Positions 54,899 through 63,719 of a stretch of DNA of 64,000 nucleotides are shown here, in pieces (positions within the stretch are counted from its first letter, which is position 1; each line of letters starts with the position of its first letter). The stretch lies in IMG/VR virus record IMGVR_UViG_3300026274_000001; one strand, written 5' to 3'. The position numbers were made by a program, and so were the translations under genes. The notes below the pieces were generated by a model. The model searched no databases. It was not told where the DNA came from and worked only from the letters and a program-made list of their open reading frames with translations. The DNA is from a virus. Its lineage: Duplodnaviria; Caudoviricetes.

Positions 54899-55561
54899 AT
54901 GAGACAAAACGTATTTCAAAGAACTAAGCGACGTATTTCCGATTGGTACTTCGGTATTGACTACGAAGATGGACGAATTACAGCAAACAGTCATGATGAT
55001 GATGATGACTGTTGCGCGGTGGGTGGTAATTCATTCTCACTATATGCAATGTTAGGTACTGAGCCTGATTGGGCCGAAACCGTTCTTACTGGCACTAATA
55101 AATTTAAGGTTGGTGATAAGATAACTGCGGTACTTAAAACTGACGAAGCTCTTGGTTCATTTTTCCATATGGCTGCATTTATCCAGATGACTGGCGTCAA
55201 TCATGGTTATCATATTTCAGTCAATAAGTATGAAGACAAGCAGAATGATGATCATTTTCCATCAGTGGTATTGATTAGTGATGAAATCAAACCACAATAT
55301 GACGAATGGATGGAAACTTATAGCAAGCGTGTTTGTGATTTCGAACGAGCACTACCAGTTATTCAAGAAGGCGACGAAGTAACCGGTACTGCAATCTCGT
55401 TCAAGGGTAGAATACGTCGTGAAAGCTGCCCTGATGACACCCTATTCAACGAATGGATATGGATCATGGAAAACTGCGATGGTCGCGTGGTTGCATCCAA
55501 TAAGTGTTGGATATTTGAAGATACTACCGACGCAGTAAAGTACAAATTGGCTAGATTCTAA
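54899..55561 (+). CDS. Large FKLxW-family protein, triplet member 3
   Basis: FHMAAF..WMETY..EWIWIMENC..FEDTTDAVKYKL. Confidence 0.8.
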   Translation: MRQNVFQRTKRRISDWYFGIDYEDGRITANSHDDDDDCCAVGGNSFSLYAMLGTEPDWAETVLTGTNKFKVGDKITAVLKTDEALGSFFHMAAFIQMTGVNHGYHISVNKYEDKQNDDHFPSVVLISDEIKPQYDEWMETYSKRVCDFERALPVIQEGDEVTGTAISFKGRIRRESCPDDTLFNEWIWIMENCDGRVVASNKCWIFEDTTDAVKYKLARF

Positions 55562-55575
55562 GTTAGTCAGTCAAG

Positions 55576-55603
55576 AAAAAGCCCAGCAATGCTGGGCTTT
55601 TTC
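55576..55603. terminator. Bidirectional terminator
   Basis: AAAAAGCCCAGC-aat-GCTGGGCTTTTT between convergent genes. Confidence 0.8.
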
Positions 55604-56896
55604 TTATTTCGTGTTATTCAATCTGCGCAACTTGCGTACCGCATCGACAACTCCCGTTGTCGTTTGTTCCTTCACCCCTCGATGACGAATCGTTGCTTCA
55701 AAGTTCGCCATTTCCTTGTCACCAATAATGACAACGGCTGGAACACTTTTACCCAAGAAACCTTTCATTCGTTTGTTGAAGTGCGACGGATCTGAGTTGA
55801 TCTCAACTCGTATGCCTTCACCTTCCAATTGCTCAAGTACATTCTTGGCAAAGCGTAAATGATCCGCACCAACAGGAACAATACCCACTTGCAAGGGGCA
55901 CAACCAGAATGGTAGTTTCCCTTCATGATGTTCTAATAGAATGCCCATAAAGCGTTCCACAGAGCCTAGGATCGCCCGGTGCAGCATAACTGGATGCGCG
56001 CTTGTACCTTCCGTCGTGATGTATTGGGCCCCCAACCGTTCAGGTAGAACTAGATCGAGTTGCAGCGTTCCACATTGCCATTGACGCCCACGTTTATCCG
56101 TTAGGGTGAATTCAAGCTTGGGACCATAGAATGCACCTTCGCCTGGTTGCAGTTCAACTACCAAGCCGGCGGCGATCGCAGCATCAGCTAACCCCTTTTC
56201 AGCTAGATCCCAAGTTGCATCGGTGCCTGCTCGCTTTTCTGGTCGTGTTGACAGCTTAACTGATACGTCATGGAAGCCGAAGTCTCGGTAAACATCCAAC
56301 AGCAGCTTGCAGAACTTCACACTTTCTTCATTGATTTGTTCTTCAGTACAGAAAATATGAGCGTCGTCTTGTGTGAAGGCACGCACCCGCATTAAGCCTA
56401 GAAGGGAACCTGATGGTTCATTACGGTGACACGCACCGAATTCAGCTAAGCGCATGGGAAGCTGCTTATATGATACTAAGCCATGATTGAAAATCTGCAC
56501 ATGGCCGGGGCAATTCATTGGCTTGAGCGCTAGGTACTTTACATCTGATGCGCCACAGTTGCAATCAAGGCTGCTTTGCGATTCCCAGGAAAAACAATTT
56601 TCCTTATGATTGTGATCTGCATCTTGTTCAGTGACAAACATGTTTTCACGATACTTGTCCCAATGGCCAGACTTTTCCCACAATGAACGATCCATCAGCT
56701 GGGGAGTTTTTACTTCCTGGTAGCCATCTTTACGAACTTTGTCTCGAATATATTCTTCAATAGTACGGAACAACGTGTAGCCGTTTGGATGCCAAAATAC
56801 GCTCCCAATTGCTTCTTCCTGTATATGAAAGAGATCCAAGTCTTTGCCAATCTGGCGGTGATCTCCCGCTTCTAAATCATTCACATTAGTCTCCAT
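55604..56896 (-). CDS. thrS: Threonyl-tRNA synthetase lacking N-terminal TGS/editing domains
   Basis: DHRQIGK, SGHWDKY, KPMNCPGH, GLMRVRAFTQDDAH, GAFYGPK, WQCGTLQLD, MLHRAILGS. Confidence 0.96.
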   Translation of the reverse strand: METNVNDLEAGDHRQIGKDLDLFHIQEEAIGSVFWHPNGYTLFRTIEEYIRDKVRKDGYQEVKTPQLMDRSLWEKSGHWDKYRENMFVTEQDADHNHKENCFSWESQSSLDCNCGASDVKYLALKPMNCPGHVQIFNHGLVSYKQLPMRLAEFGACHRNEPSGSLLGLMRVRAFTQDDAHIFCTEEQINEESVKFCKLLLDVYRDFGFHDVSVKLSTRPEKRAGTDATWDLAEKGLADAAIAAGLVVELQPGEGAFYGPKLEFTLTDKRGRQWQCGTLQLDLVLPERLGAQYITTEGTSAHPVMLHRAILGSVERFMGILLEHHEGKLPFWLCPLQVGIVPVGADHLRFAKNVLEQLEGEGIRVEINSDPSHFNKRMKGFLGKSVPAVVIIGDKEMANFEATIRHRGVKEQTTTGVVDAVRKLRRLNNTK

Positions 56897-57235
56897 GAAA
56901 TTAATTGTATGATTTTATAGGAAAATAATGTTTGGTGCTATATAAGCCCACGAATGAATGAAAATAGTAAGACCCTTTGTTTAACCAGGCGGTCCATGAT
57001 TACGGAAATCCTTACGGGCCGTACATCAATTACTTTCCTGTCGCGTGTGGTCGGATCACTTGCTCATAGCTTTGGTCCGGGGTTTCCAAAGCCGTTTTTA
57101 CTGCACCTACCGATCGTGCCTATAGTATATCAGAGTGTCGGGTGACATACGTCATTATATAAATTGGCTATTATATATCAAAATAATTATTTCTATTTTG
57201 CATCCTATGTGAAATGGCACCACAATGCATTCACT

Positions 57236-57478
57236 ATGACAGCAGAATATCTTAAAGCTGCCCGGCTTAATGGGCAACGTATTGACACTACAGTTACTGA
57301 GGCAGAACTGTTGATCGCTAATGATGGAGTGAAGAGCGCTTGGGAGGATATCCAACGCATTCGTGCAGTAATAGCAGAAGAACAGGTAGCCGCCGTAAAT
57401 GCAATCAAGGACAAGTATGAACACGAACTACAAGATGCGTACACCAACTACGCATTATTAATATCGCTGAGTCGGTAA
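57236..57478 (+). CDS. Small helical protein, module copy 2
   Basis: 80 aa from MTAEYLKA, same length and motifs as 44804..45046. Confidence 0.8.
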   Translation: MTAEYLKAARLNGQRIDTTVTEAELLIANDGVKSAWEDIQRIRAVIAEEQVAAVNAIKDKYEHELQDAYTNYALLISLSR

Positions 57479-57479
57479 T

Positions 57480-58724
57480 ATGGCAAATTTAGTTATAAAG
57501 TTGTTTGACAAGATGTATGTGGGTTTCCAAAAACGTAATACCGAAAGTGGTTCACCGTTGGGATCATTGACCCCTTGGGGCGAAGATGCGGTATCTAGAA
57601 AAAAGATGACGCAAGTTGATAATTGGTGTAAAGACAAACTAAAAGCCGTTATATTGGACAACGTACCAGTATCTGGTTTCCGTGTTAGTGACAGCGCTCG
57701 TCAAAGCAGTTGGAGTGGAGAGAATACTTTTATTCAAATTGAAGATCCTCGAGGTTTTGAATTGTTTATCTCTGTTGACAACATGGTTCAAATCATGAAC
57801 GGCAATACTATTGTTGATGGTGAAATCAAGATTCCATGTGTATGGGGACGTGACGGTAGTATTAATATATTGTTACCAATCAATAGCGAACCATACAAAA
57901 ATGCAATTGAAAATACTGAACGTGTAAAACAAACGTTCAATATGCGTGGTGTAAAACACGGCAACAAAATCGAATTAAAAGATGGGCGCATCGGTATCTA
58001 CTACGGGGCGTATTATCAAGTTATACGTGAACAGCATAATGAAGATATTAAATCTCCATGTGGTACTATGACTTTAGACCGTCAATTTGAAAAGGTTGCC
58101 ATTAATCAGCAAAAATTACATATCACTCATATTGTTGAAAACAAAGCACAGCCAGATTTTAAGCCTCACTTTGATATCACAAAGACTATACGGGTGTCTA
58201 GGCAAATTAACCCAGACTCGATTACAGCAGCTGAAGCTGAACAGTATGTAAATGATCACTTGAAGGATCGTAATACTTACCGTGCTTGTATTGGATATAC
58301 CGCATCACTTGATCTGGATTTTAAGTTCGAGATCACTACTGAGGTCACCACTTCTGACGCTTTGCGACAGCAGCAAGGGGCCAAGAACAGTTGGTCAACT
58401 GGAAAGACTATATTTATTGCTAAACACGAAGCTGATGATGTTTATCTATTGTGTGACGGAAGTATTCTTATTGATATGACACGGCCGAATAGATATGTTT
58501 ACGGTATGGGTCATGTGACCAACGATGCCCGTGTTTATGGCAGACAAATTGACATGGAACAATTTTTAACTGGTGAGTTTGATATTCTCCAGCGATTCAA
58601 AACTGGTGATTTGAAAACAGACAATAAAATCAAAGCATATGATGAAGCTGATTTGGTATATCTGCAACCATATGTGATTTACACTAGTTCCAAGACTGGT
58701 GTTGAATATAAGATGCCCTACTAA
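57480..58724 (+). CDS. Conserved jumbo-phage protein, module copy 2
   Basis: YVGFQ..PLG..DPRGFEL..CVWGRDG..LLP.NSEP. Confidence 0.8.
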   Translation: MANLVIKLFDKMYVGFQKRNTESGSPLGSLTPWGEDAVSRKKMTQVDNWCKDKLKAVILDNVPVSGFRVSDSARQSSWSGENTFIQIEDPRGFELFISVDNMVQIMNGNTIVDGEIKIPCVWGRDGSINILLPINSEPYKNAIENTERVKQTFNMRGVKHGNKIELKDGRIGIYYGAYYQVIREQHNEDIKSPCGTMTLDRQFEKVAINQQKLHITHIVENKAQPDFKPHFDITKTIRVSRQINPDSITAAEAEQYVNDHLKDRNTYRACIGYTASLDLDFKFEITTEVTTSDALRQQQGAKNSWSTGKTIFIAKHEADDVYLLCDGSILIDMTRPNRYVYGMGHVTNDARVYGRQIDMEQFLTGEFDILQRFKTGDLKTDNKIKAYDEADLVYLQPYVIYTSSKTGVEYKMPY

Positions 58725-58766
58725 CGGACACGACGTTTCACGTAAATAGTGGAACGGAGTTCAATA

Positions 58767-59378
58767 ATGACAACCATTCTGTACATTCACGGTGCGTTCG
58801 CGACACCAAGTAGCTTTAATCGTATTAAAGAAAACCTTCCAAATCACGAAGCCATTATGCTAGAATATAATGTTGGTGATAATATCAACAATGTTATATC
58901 CGATTGCACAAAAAAATTAAAAGAAAATGGCAATCGAGTGTCCATTGTGGCACATAGTTTGGGTGGCGTATTAGCCGCCATCATTGCACAAAAATGTCCC
59001 CTTGTGGACAAGACTGTAACAATGAGCACACCCTTTGGTGGCAGCAAAGCAGCAGATATGATGAAGTGGTTTAATCCACATCCTATGTTTGAAACTATTA
59101 GTTCACAAAGTTCATTACTTCGGAATTTGTATCAATCCAAAGCTGGCTGTCCAACACTAAGTCTCGTTACCACTAAGGGTCAAAACCCTATGATTAGCGA
59201 AGATAATGACGGAGTGGTCTCGGTTAAAAGCCAGACTGCTTGGCTTTCGCCAGAATACATCAGCGTGCCGTACAATCACTTTGAAGTGTTGTTGGCTGAT
59301 GAAACAATAATAAAAATAAAAGAGTTTCTGTTTGATGAAAGATTTGATAATGATGATCGGAGCAGCGGGCTCCGGTAA
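58767..59378 (+). CDS. Alpha/beta hydrolase (lipase/esterase, PGAP1-like)
   Basis: IHGA oxyanion, AHSLGG nucleophile, STPFGGS, NDGVV, terminal HF. Confidence 0.85.
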   Translation: MTTILYIHGAFATPSSFNRIKENLPNHEAIMLEYNVGDNINNVISDCTKKLKENGNRVSIVAHSLGGVLAAIIAQKCPLVDKTVTMSTPFGGSKAADMMKWFNPHPMFETISSQSSLLRNLYQSKAGCPTLSLVTTKGQNPMISEDNDGVVSVKSQTAWLSPEYISVPYNHFEVLLADETIIKIKEFLFDERFDNDDRSSGLR

Positions 59379-59823
59379 GAGCACTTGGACCAAAAAGTTT
59401 CTTGCCACCACGGATAAACAATATGTAGTTCTGGGTACTGACGCCATCTTCGTAGAATGGGGCAATGCGATTGGAAAGAATTATTCTGAAGCATTTGCGC
59501 ATTTTAAATACAAGGATGTAGAAAATGAATTCAATCTACGTTTGGGCTCGGCAATTGCGGCAGGTAAGAACATAATTTGGGATCAAACCAATTTGACATT
59601 GAAGTCCCGTTCTGCAAAATTGGCACAAGTACCAAAAGCATATAAGAAACGAGCAGTCGTTTTCAACTTGCCAAAGTCAGTTGTTATGGAACGTGCTCGC
59701 AATGAAGATCGCATCGCTGAGGGTAAGAAGATCCCAACGATGGTTATTCATAGTATGTTTAAACAATTTGAAATGCCGGATCAGTTTGAATTTGATGAAA
59801 TCATCGAAGTGATTACGGCATAA
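59335..59823 (+). CDS. P-loop kinase (polynucleotide kinase/AAA_33-like)
   Basis: IGAAGSGKSTW, GTD, IIWDQTN..R, IP..VI.SM. Confidence 0.8.
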   Translation: MKDLIMMIGAAGSGKSTWTKKFLATTDKQYVVLGTDAIFVEWGNAIGKNYSEAFAHFKYKDVENEFNLRLGSAIAAGKNIIWDQTNLTLKSRSAKLAQVPKAYKKRAVVFNLPKSVVMERARNEDRIAEGKKIPTMVIHSMFKQFEMPDQFEFDEIIEVITA

Positions 59824-59894
59824 AGTTGTTGCAATCAACAAGCCAGTTGTGCATATAATTGGCACATTAGCTTTCAACCTCAACAAGAAATATT

Positions 59895-60215
59895 ATGGCA
59901 GACGATAAGAAAGATATCTTTGAAACCGCAGAAGATGAACTTGAAGCACTTGGGTTTTCAGCTGATGAAATTGAATCTATAAAGCAGAAAGTGATTGCGG
60001 TACTCCAAGATCCAGATCTGGCTGATGCATTGGAAAAGGGTGAAATCAATATTGCCCTTACTTTCGAGGATTTTGCAGATAATTTGGTATCAGATCGAAA
60101 TGACGGTGTTTGGTACGATGAAGACGAAGAATTCAATTGGGAAGCAATGACGCCAGAAATTCGTGCGGCAATGGAAGAATTGTACTATAGTGATGAACCG
60201 CCCACTCTTCATTGA
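59895..60215 (+). CDS. Highly acidic hypothetical protein
   Basis: 106 aa, D/E-rich. Confidence 0.7.
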   Translation: MADDKKDIFETAEDELEALGFSADEIESIKQKVIAVLQDPDLADALEKGEINIALTFEDFADNLVSDRNDGVWYDEDEEFNWEAMTPEIRAAMEELYYSDEPPTLH

Positions 60216-60218
60216 ATA

Positions 60219-60392
60219 ATGACATATACGATTCCAAAAGATGTTGAGATCAATACTGAGGTTATTCGTCAGTTGGAATTGATATGTGCCACTTCACAGC
60301 AAGTGCAGGACCAGATCGATAATATCGTTGAATGGGCTTACGATATGGCTTATGGCGGTTACGGTAGAGATACCAGCACGCCTAACAGCTAA
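60219..60392 (+). CDS. Small hypothetical protein, 57 aa
   Basis: MTYTIPKDVEIN...; 3 nt after previous stop. Confidence 0.45.
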   Translation: MTYTIPKDVEINTEVIRQLELICATSQQVQDQIDNIVEWAYDMAYGGYGRDTSTPNS

Positions 60393-60456
60393 CGTTCATA
60401 ACTTCCCCTAGGAAGACCGTACATCAGTTGATGTTCATAAAGCTAAATATAATATC

Positions 60457-60684
60457 ATGAACATCAACGACTTTACTCCCTTCAAATCCCGTTTGGACGA
60501 ACTTGGTACAATCGTACCAGGAGTCAACACGACTTGTGATGTCGGTGTTGATGAAACTCCCCAACAAGCCAAGAAATTTGGCAATAAAGTATCCCAAGGT
60601 GGCATCCCACCAACTCTCAGAACTGACGGTAAGTTGTCAGAAACTCGCAGATCAATCTCCTCCCACATTGCAACTGGCAAATAA
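60457..60684 (+). CDS. Putative late/head-associated small protein
   Basis: TAAATA upstream; GVNTT.DVG.DE..QAKKFGNKV..G.PP.L pattern. Confidence 0.6.
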   Translation: MNINDFTPFKSRLDELGTIVPGVNTTCDVGVDETPQQAKKFGNKVSQGGIPPTLRTDGKLSETRRSISSHIATGK

Positions 60685-60748
60685 TTGTTGCAATCAATTG
60701 CCATATTGTTAAAATAGCGTTTGTTGTGCAGCAATGCACGAAAACAAT

Positions 60749-60825
60749 GCGGCGTTAGCTCAGACGGATAGAGCACGAGCCTTCTAAGCTCGGGGTCACT
60801 GGTTCGAATCCAGTACGCCGTACCA
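60749..60825 (+). tRNA. tRNA-Arg (anticodon TCT), CCA encoded
   Basis: Acceptor GCGGCGT/ACGCCGT, D-loop GGATA, anticodon arm CGAGC-CTTCTAA-GCTCG, GGTTCGAATCC, ACCA. Confidence 0.95.
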
Positions 60826-60881
60826 AAACTGACAATTGTGGCAATCGTAAATAGACGAACGTTTATGATGTCGGAGAAACA

Positions 60882-61301
60882 ATGAAGTATCTTTCAAAAC
60901 AAGATTTGTTTGACCATGCGGTCAAGCACCTTTTCACACAAACGAAAGCAGGTTTGTTGAAGGGTGGTGGTGGTGCATATCGTGGCCAGGGTGGCGGACG
61001 CTGCCCAATTGGTAGCCTTATCGCATCAGTTGATCATTGTACGGCAATGGAAGGTGTTCCCATCCGTTACATTTGTCGAACCAATAAGATTGGTATCCCA
61101 CATTCTATGGATGTTGGTATTGCTGCACTCGAACGAGCTTTGCGTAATGCAAGGGTCGATATTGACGAGCCTGGAATGCCAGACTTTCTCAGTAAGTTAC
61201 AAAATGTTCATGACATTTTTGGTACTTGGGAATGGAAAGATCGATTTGGTTCAATCGCCCGTGAGTACAGTCTCAATATAGATGCAATCAATCTATACTG
61301 A
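60882..61301 (+). CDS. Phage hypothetical protein (tandem paralog of 61310..61690)
   Basis: QDLFD.AVKHL.TQ..C.IG.LI..LQ..HD. Confidence 0.75.
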   Translation: MKYLSKQDLFDHAVKHLFTQTKAGLLKGGGGAYRGQGGGRCPIGSLIASVDHCTAMEGVPIRYICRTNKIGIPHSMDVGIAALERALRNARVDIDEPGMPDFLSKLQNVHDIFGTWEWKDRFGSIAREYSLNIDAINLY

Positions 61302-61309
61302 GGTGTCAA

Positions 61310-61690
61310 GTGTTTGTGGCACAAGAAATATTCAATATAGTCAGTCATCATTTACTGACACAGAATGACAAGTCATTTGATGAAAATGATAGCCCAAGAT
61401 ACTTTGGGCCTTGGGGTAAAAAATGCGCAATAGGTTGTTTAATCCCACCTGAGCATTATGACCCGAAAATAGAAAGTTATGGTGTAAGTCTCATAAGGTT
61501 TCACCGCCCTGGGACAGTTGAGCGTATTTTAGCAACAGCACTATTCAAATCTGGCGTGGATGTTGATAATGATTACATACTTGAAATCTTAATTGATTTA
61601 CAAGAGTGTCATGACATTATACCCACTGACCGATGGTATTGTGAATTGGACGCCATTGCCCGCAAGCATGGCTTAGCATTTCTGCTCTAA
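61310..61690 (+). CDS. Phage hypothetical protein (tandem paralog of 60882..61301)
   Basis: QEIFN.V.HHLLTQ..CAIGCLIP..LQ.CHD; GAGG RBS, GTG. Confidence 0.75.
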   Translation: MFVAQEIFNIVSHHLLTQNDKSFDENDSPRYFGPWGKKCAIGCLIPPEHYDPKIESYGVSLIRFHRPGTVERILATALFKSGVDVDNDYILEILIDLQECHDIIPTDRWYCELDAIARKHGLAFLL

Positions 61691-61839
61691 GTCCAGTTTC
61701 GCCGACAATATGGTACCGCATCGAGTAATAACGCTTAAAGGGCGGTTTTACTCATCGCAAGAGTACCATAAATAATTATATCGGGTCTGCCATCTCACGG
61801 TGTCAGGCCCTTTATTTTTTCGGAAGGAAGGAGAGAGCA

Positions 61840-62484
61840 TTGAGAATAAGACATTTCTTATCAATGTTATCATTCTTCGCTGTTGCCCTTGTTTGCATAC
61901 CTAGTTTTGCAGATCGAGGAGCATCGATAGTACCACCCGTGGCACCGTTACCTATGGAAGTAGTGACGATGCCAAAGATGGTATTAACGCCGCAACAGCA
62001 AGTTGATAACGCAAGGAATATTGTAAAATTAGACCAAAGCTATGTTTTAAATTTGAAGCAAAGTGATCCAACGATGTACTGTCTAGCACAGAACGCATTC
62101 TTTGAAGCACGCGCCGAAAGTTTAGAAAACAAAGTTGCGGTCACCGAGGTAGTTAAAAACCGCTTAGACAGCGGTAAATATGCTGGCACTCTGTGTGCCG
62201 TTGTTCGTCAACGGAATTCAGGTATATGTCAGTTTAGTTGGGTGTGTCAGCGTTTGGGGAACGTTCCACTTCGTAATGGTGATGGTACTTTACGTCCTGA
62301 AATTTACCAGCAATGGTATGACAGCGTTCTCGCTGCTTATATCGTTACTAACAAAATAGTCGACCCTGTAGTACCGGGTGCTTTGAACTTTTATGCACAA
62401 CATACAGTTCATCCAGCTTGGGCCTACAAATTTAAACGAATAGCTATCATAGGTGGCCATACGTTTATGAAACCTCGGGACTAA
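61840..62484 (+). CDS. SleB-family (Hydrolase_2) cell wall hydrolase with signal peptide
   Basis: CLAQNAFFEARAE, VVKNR, CQFSWVC, GALNFYA, PAWA, IGGHTF. Confidence 0.9.
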   Translation: MRIRHFLSMLSFFAVALVCIPSFADRGASIVPPVAPLPMEVVTMPKMVLTPQQQVDNARNIVKLDQSYVLNLKQSDPTMYCLAQNAFFEARAESLENKVAVTEVVKNRLDSGKYAGTLCAVVRQRNSGICQFSWVCQRLGNVPLRNGDGTLRPEIYQQWYDSVLAAYIVTNKIVDPVVPGALNFYAQHTVHPAWAYKFKRIAIIGGHTFMKPRD

Positions 62485-62543
62485 AAATCCTTGGATGTGA
62501 AAGCCCGCTAAATATAGCGGGCTTTCCTTTTAACCAACATACA

Positions 62544-63026
62544 ATGTCAAACTGCCATCCACCAAAACCACCACTGCTACCCATCCCACCTGCTCCTCCA
62601 TTACCAAGTTGGTTCCATGGGATTCAAAAAATATGGGATGACCTCTCCTGCGAAGAAGATGGATATTTTTGCATTGAAGCTCAGCGAGTTGGTTGCTTCC
62701 AAATCGATATAGCTGCTGATAGCTATGTTATGGTGGGTATAGTTCAAACTATGCCTACACAAGACTGGTCCATGCGATGCTGGTTTAGCACCGTGCAATA
62801 TGGATCTAGTATCACATTTCAAAATGATGCCGTTTCAGGTTGGAATCCAAACAGAACAAAGCTTTCTGTAATTTGCCTGTATACTGGCGATAAAATTGGC
62901 CTCGACCCCGATGGTGCTAGAGTCTACCCATTCAAAGTAACACCAGGTACGTACTTTCTTAACGTTCAAAATCTGTTCAATGGACGAAATGGCGGCTATC
63001 TTCTGTTGACTAATTGCACCGTTTAG
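62544..63026 (+). CDS. Putative virion protein
   Basis: TAAATA upstream; Pro-rich N-terminus, PGTYFLNVQNL beta-sandwich-like. Confidence 0.6.
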   Translation: MSNCHPPKPPLLPIPPAPPLPSWFHGIQKIWDDLSCEEDGYFCIEAQRVGCFQIDIAADSYVMVGIVQTMPTQDWSMRCWFSTVQYGSSITFQNDAVSGWNPNRTKLSVICLYTGDKIGLDPDGARVYPFKVTPGTYFLNVQNLFNGRNGGYLLLTNCTV

Positions 63027-63062
63027 CTAGAATGTTAGCACTAGTCAACAGAGGAGTGCTCT

Positions 63063-63719
63063 ATGCTTTACGGATACCGCAAGGACAAAACCACGCTAGT
63101 GGTTACTGCCATTGCTAACAACAATGTCGCAACGTATGAAGAATGGTTTACTACCGTGGAAGGCGATGAATTGGTAGCTGATGTACGTCAAACATCATTC
63201 ATGGATCACTTCAGTGATGAGTTTGCACGTTGTCAAACTGGCGTCTATATCTTCGAATTCGCAAACGAAGAAAATCTCGATGCATTCGCTGCAAAACACG
63301 AAATTACAATTCTTAAGAAAGAAATGTCCCTCGATCGCCATGCTGATATGGTGAATTACGATGCTCCTGATTTTTACGATGTGAGCGAAACCCGCACAAT
63401 CGAAGAAATCGAAGGCCTCGATCAACACGATCCATATGATCGTCGTACTGATGATGAAAAGGCTGAAGACTCAGCATACCGAGCTAAGGTTGAAGAGTTG
63501 AAGAAGTCCGGTCAACTGAGTGGCGACGGTAGCTTCTCACCACGTAAGCCCAAGGACGGTGATTCAGCTGCACACGTAACTGACATTCGCACTACGCGTA
63601 ATGCAGACGGTACTGTGTCTATTGACAATGTGCTGGCAGTAAAAGACTACAGCAATCTCAAGAAGACGCTTGCTGATTCAGACAAGACGGATGATGGGAA
63701 AAGTACCCCTAATACCTGA
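63063..63719 (+). CDS. Hypothetical protein
   Basis: GAGGAG RBS, 218 aa. Confidence 0.7.
   Translation: MLYGYRKDKTTLVVTAIANNNVATYEEWFTTVEGDELVADVRQTSFMDHFSDEFARCQTGVYIFEFANEENLDAFAAKHEITILKKEMSLDRHADMVNYDAPDFYDVSETRTIEEIEGLDQHDPYDRRTDDEKAEDSAYRAKVEELKKSGQLSGDGSFSPRKPKDGDSAAHVTDIRTTRNADGTVSIDNVLAVKDYSNLKKTLADSDKTDDGKSTPNT

Noticed and set aside
56900-57150. T-box riboswitch upstream of thrS
   Set aside because: No GGTGGNACC T-box sequence or antiterminator/terminator pair
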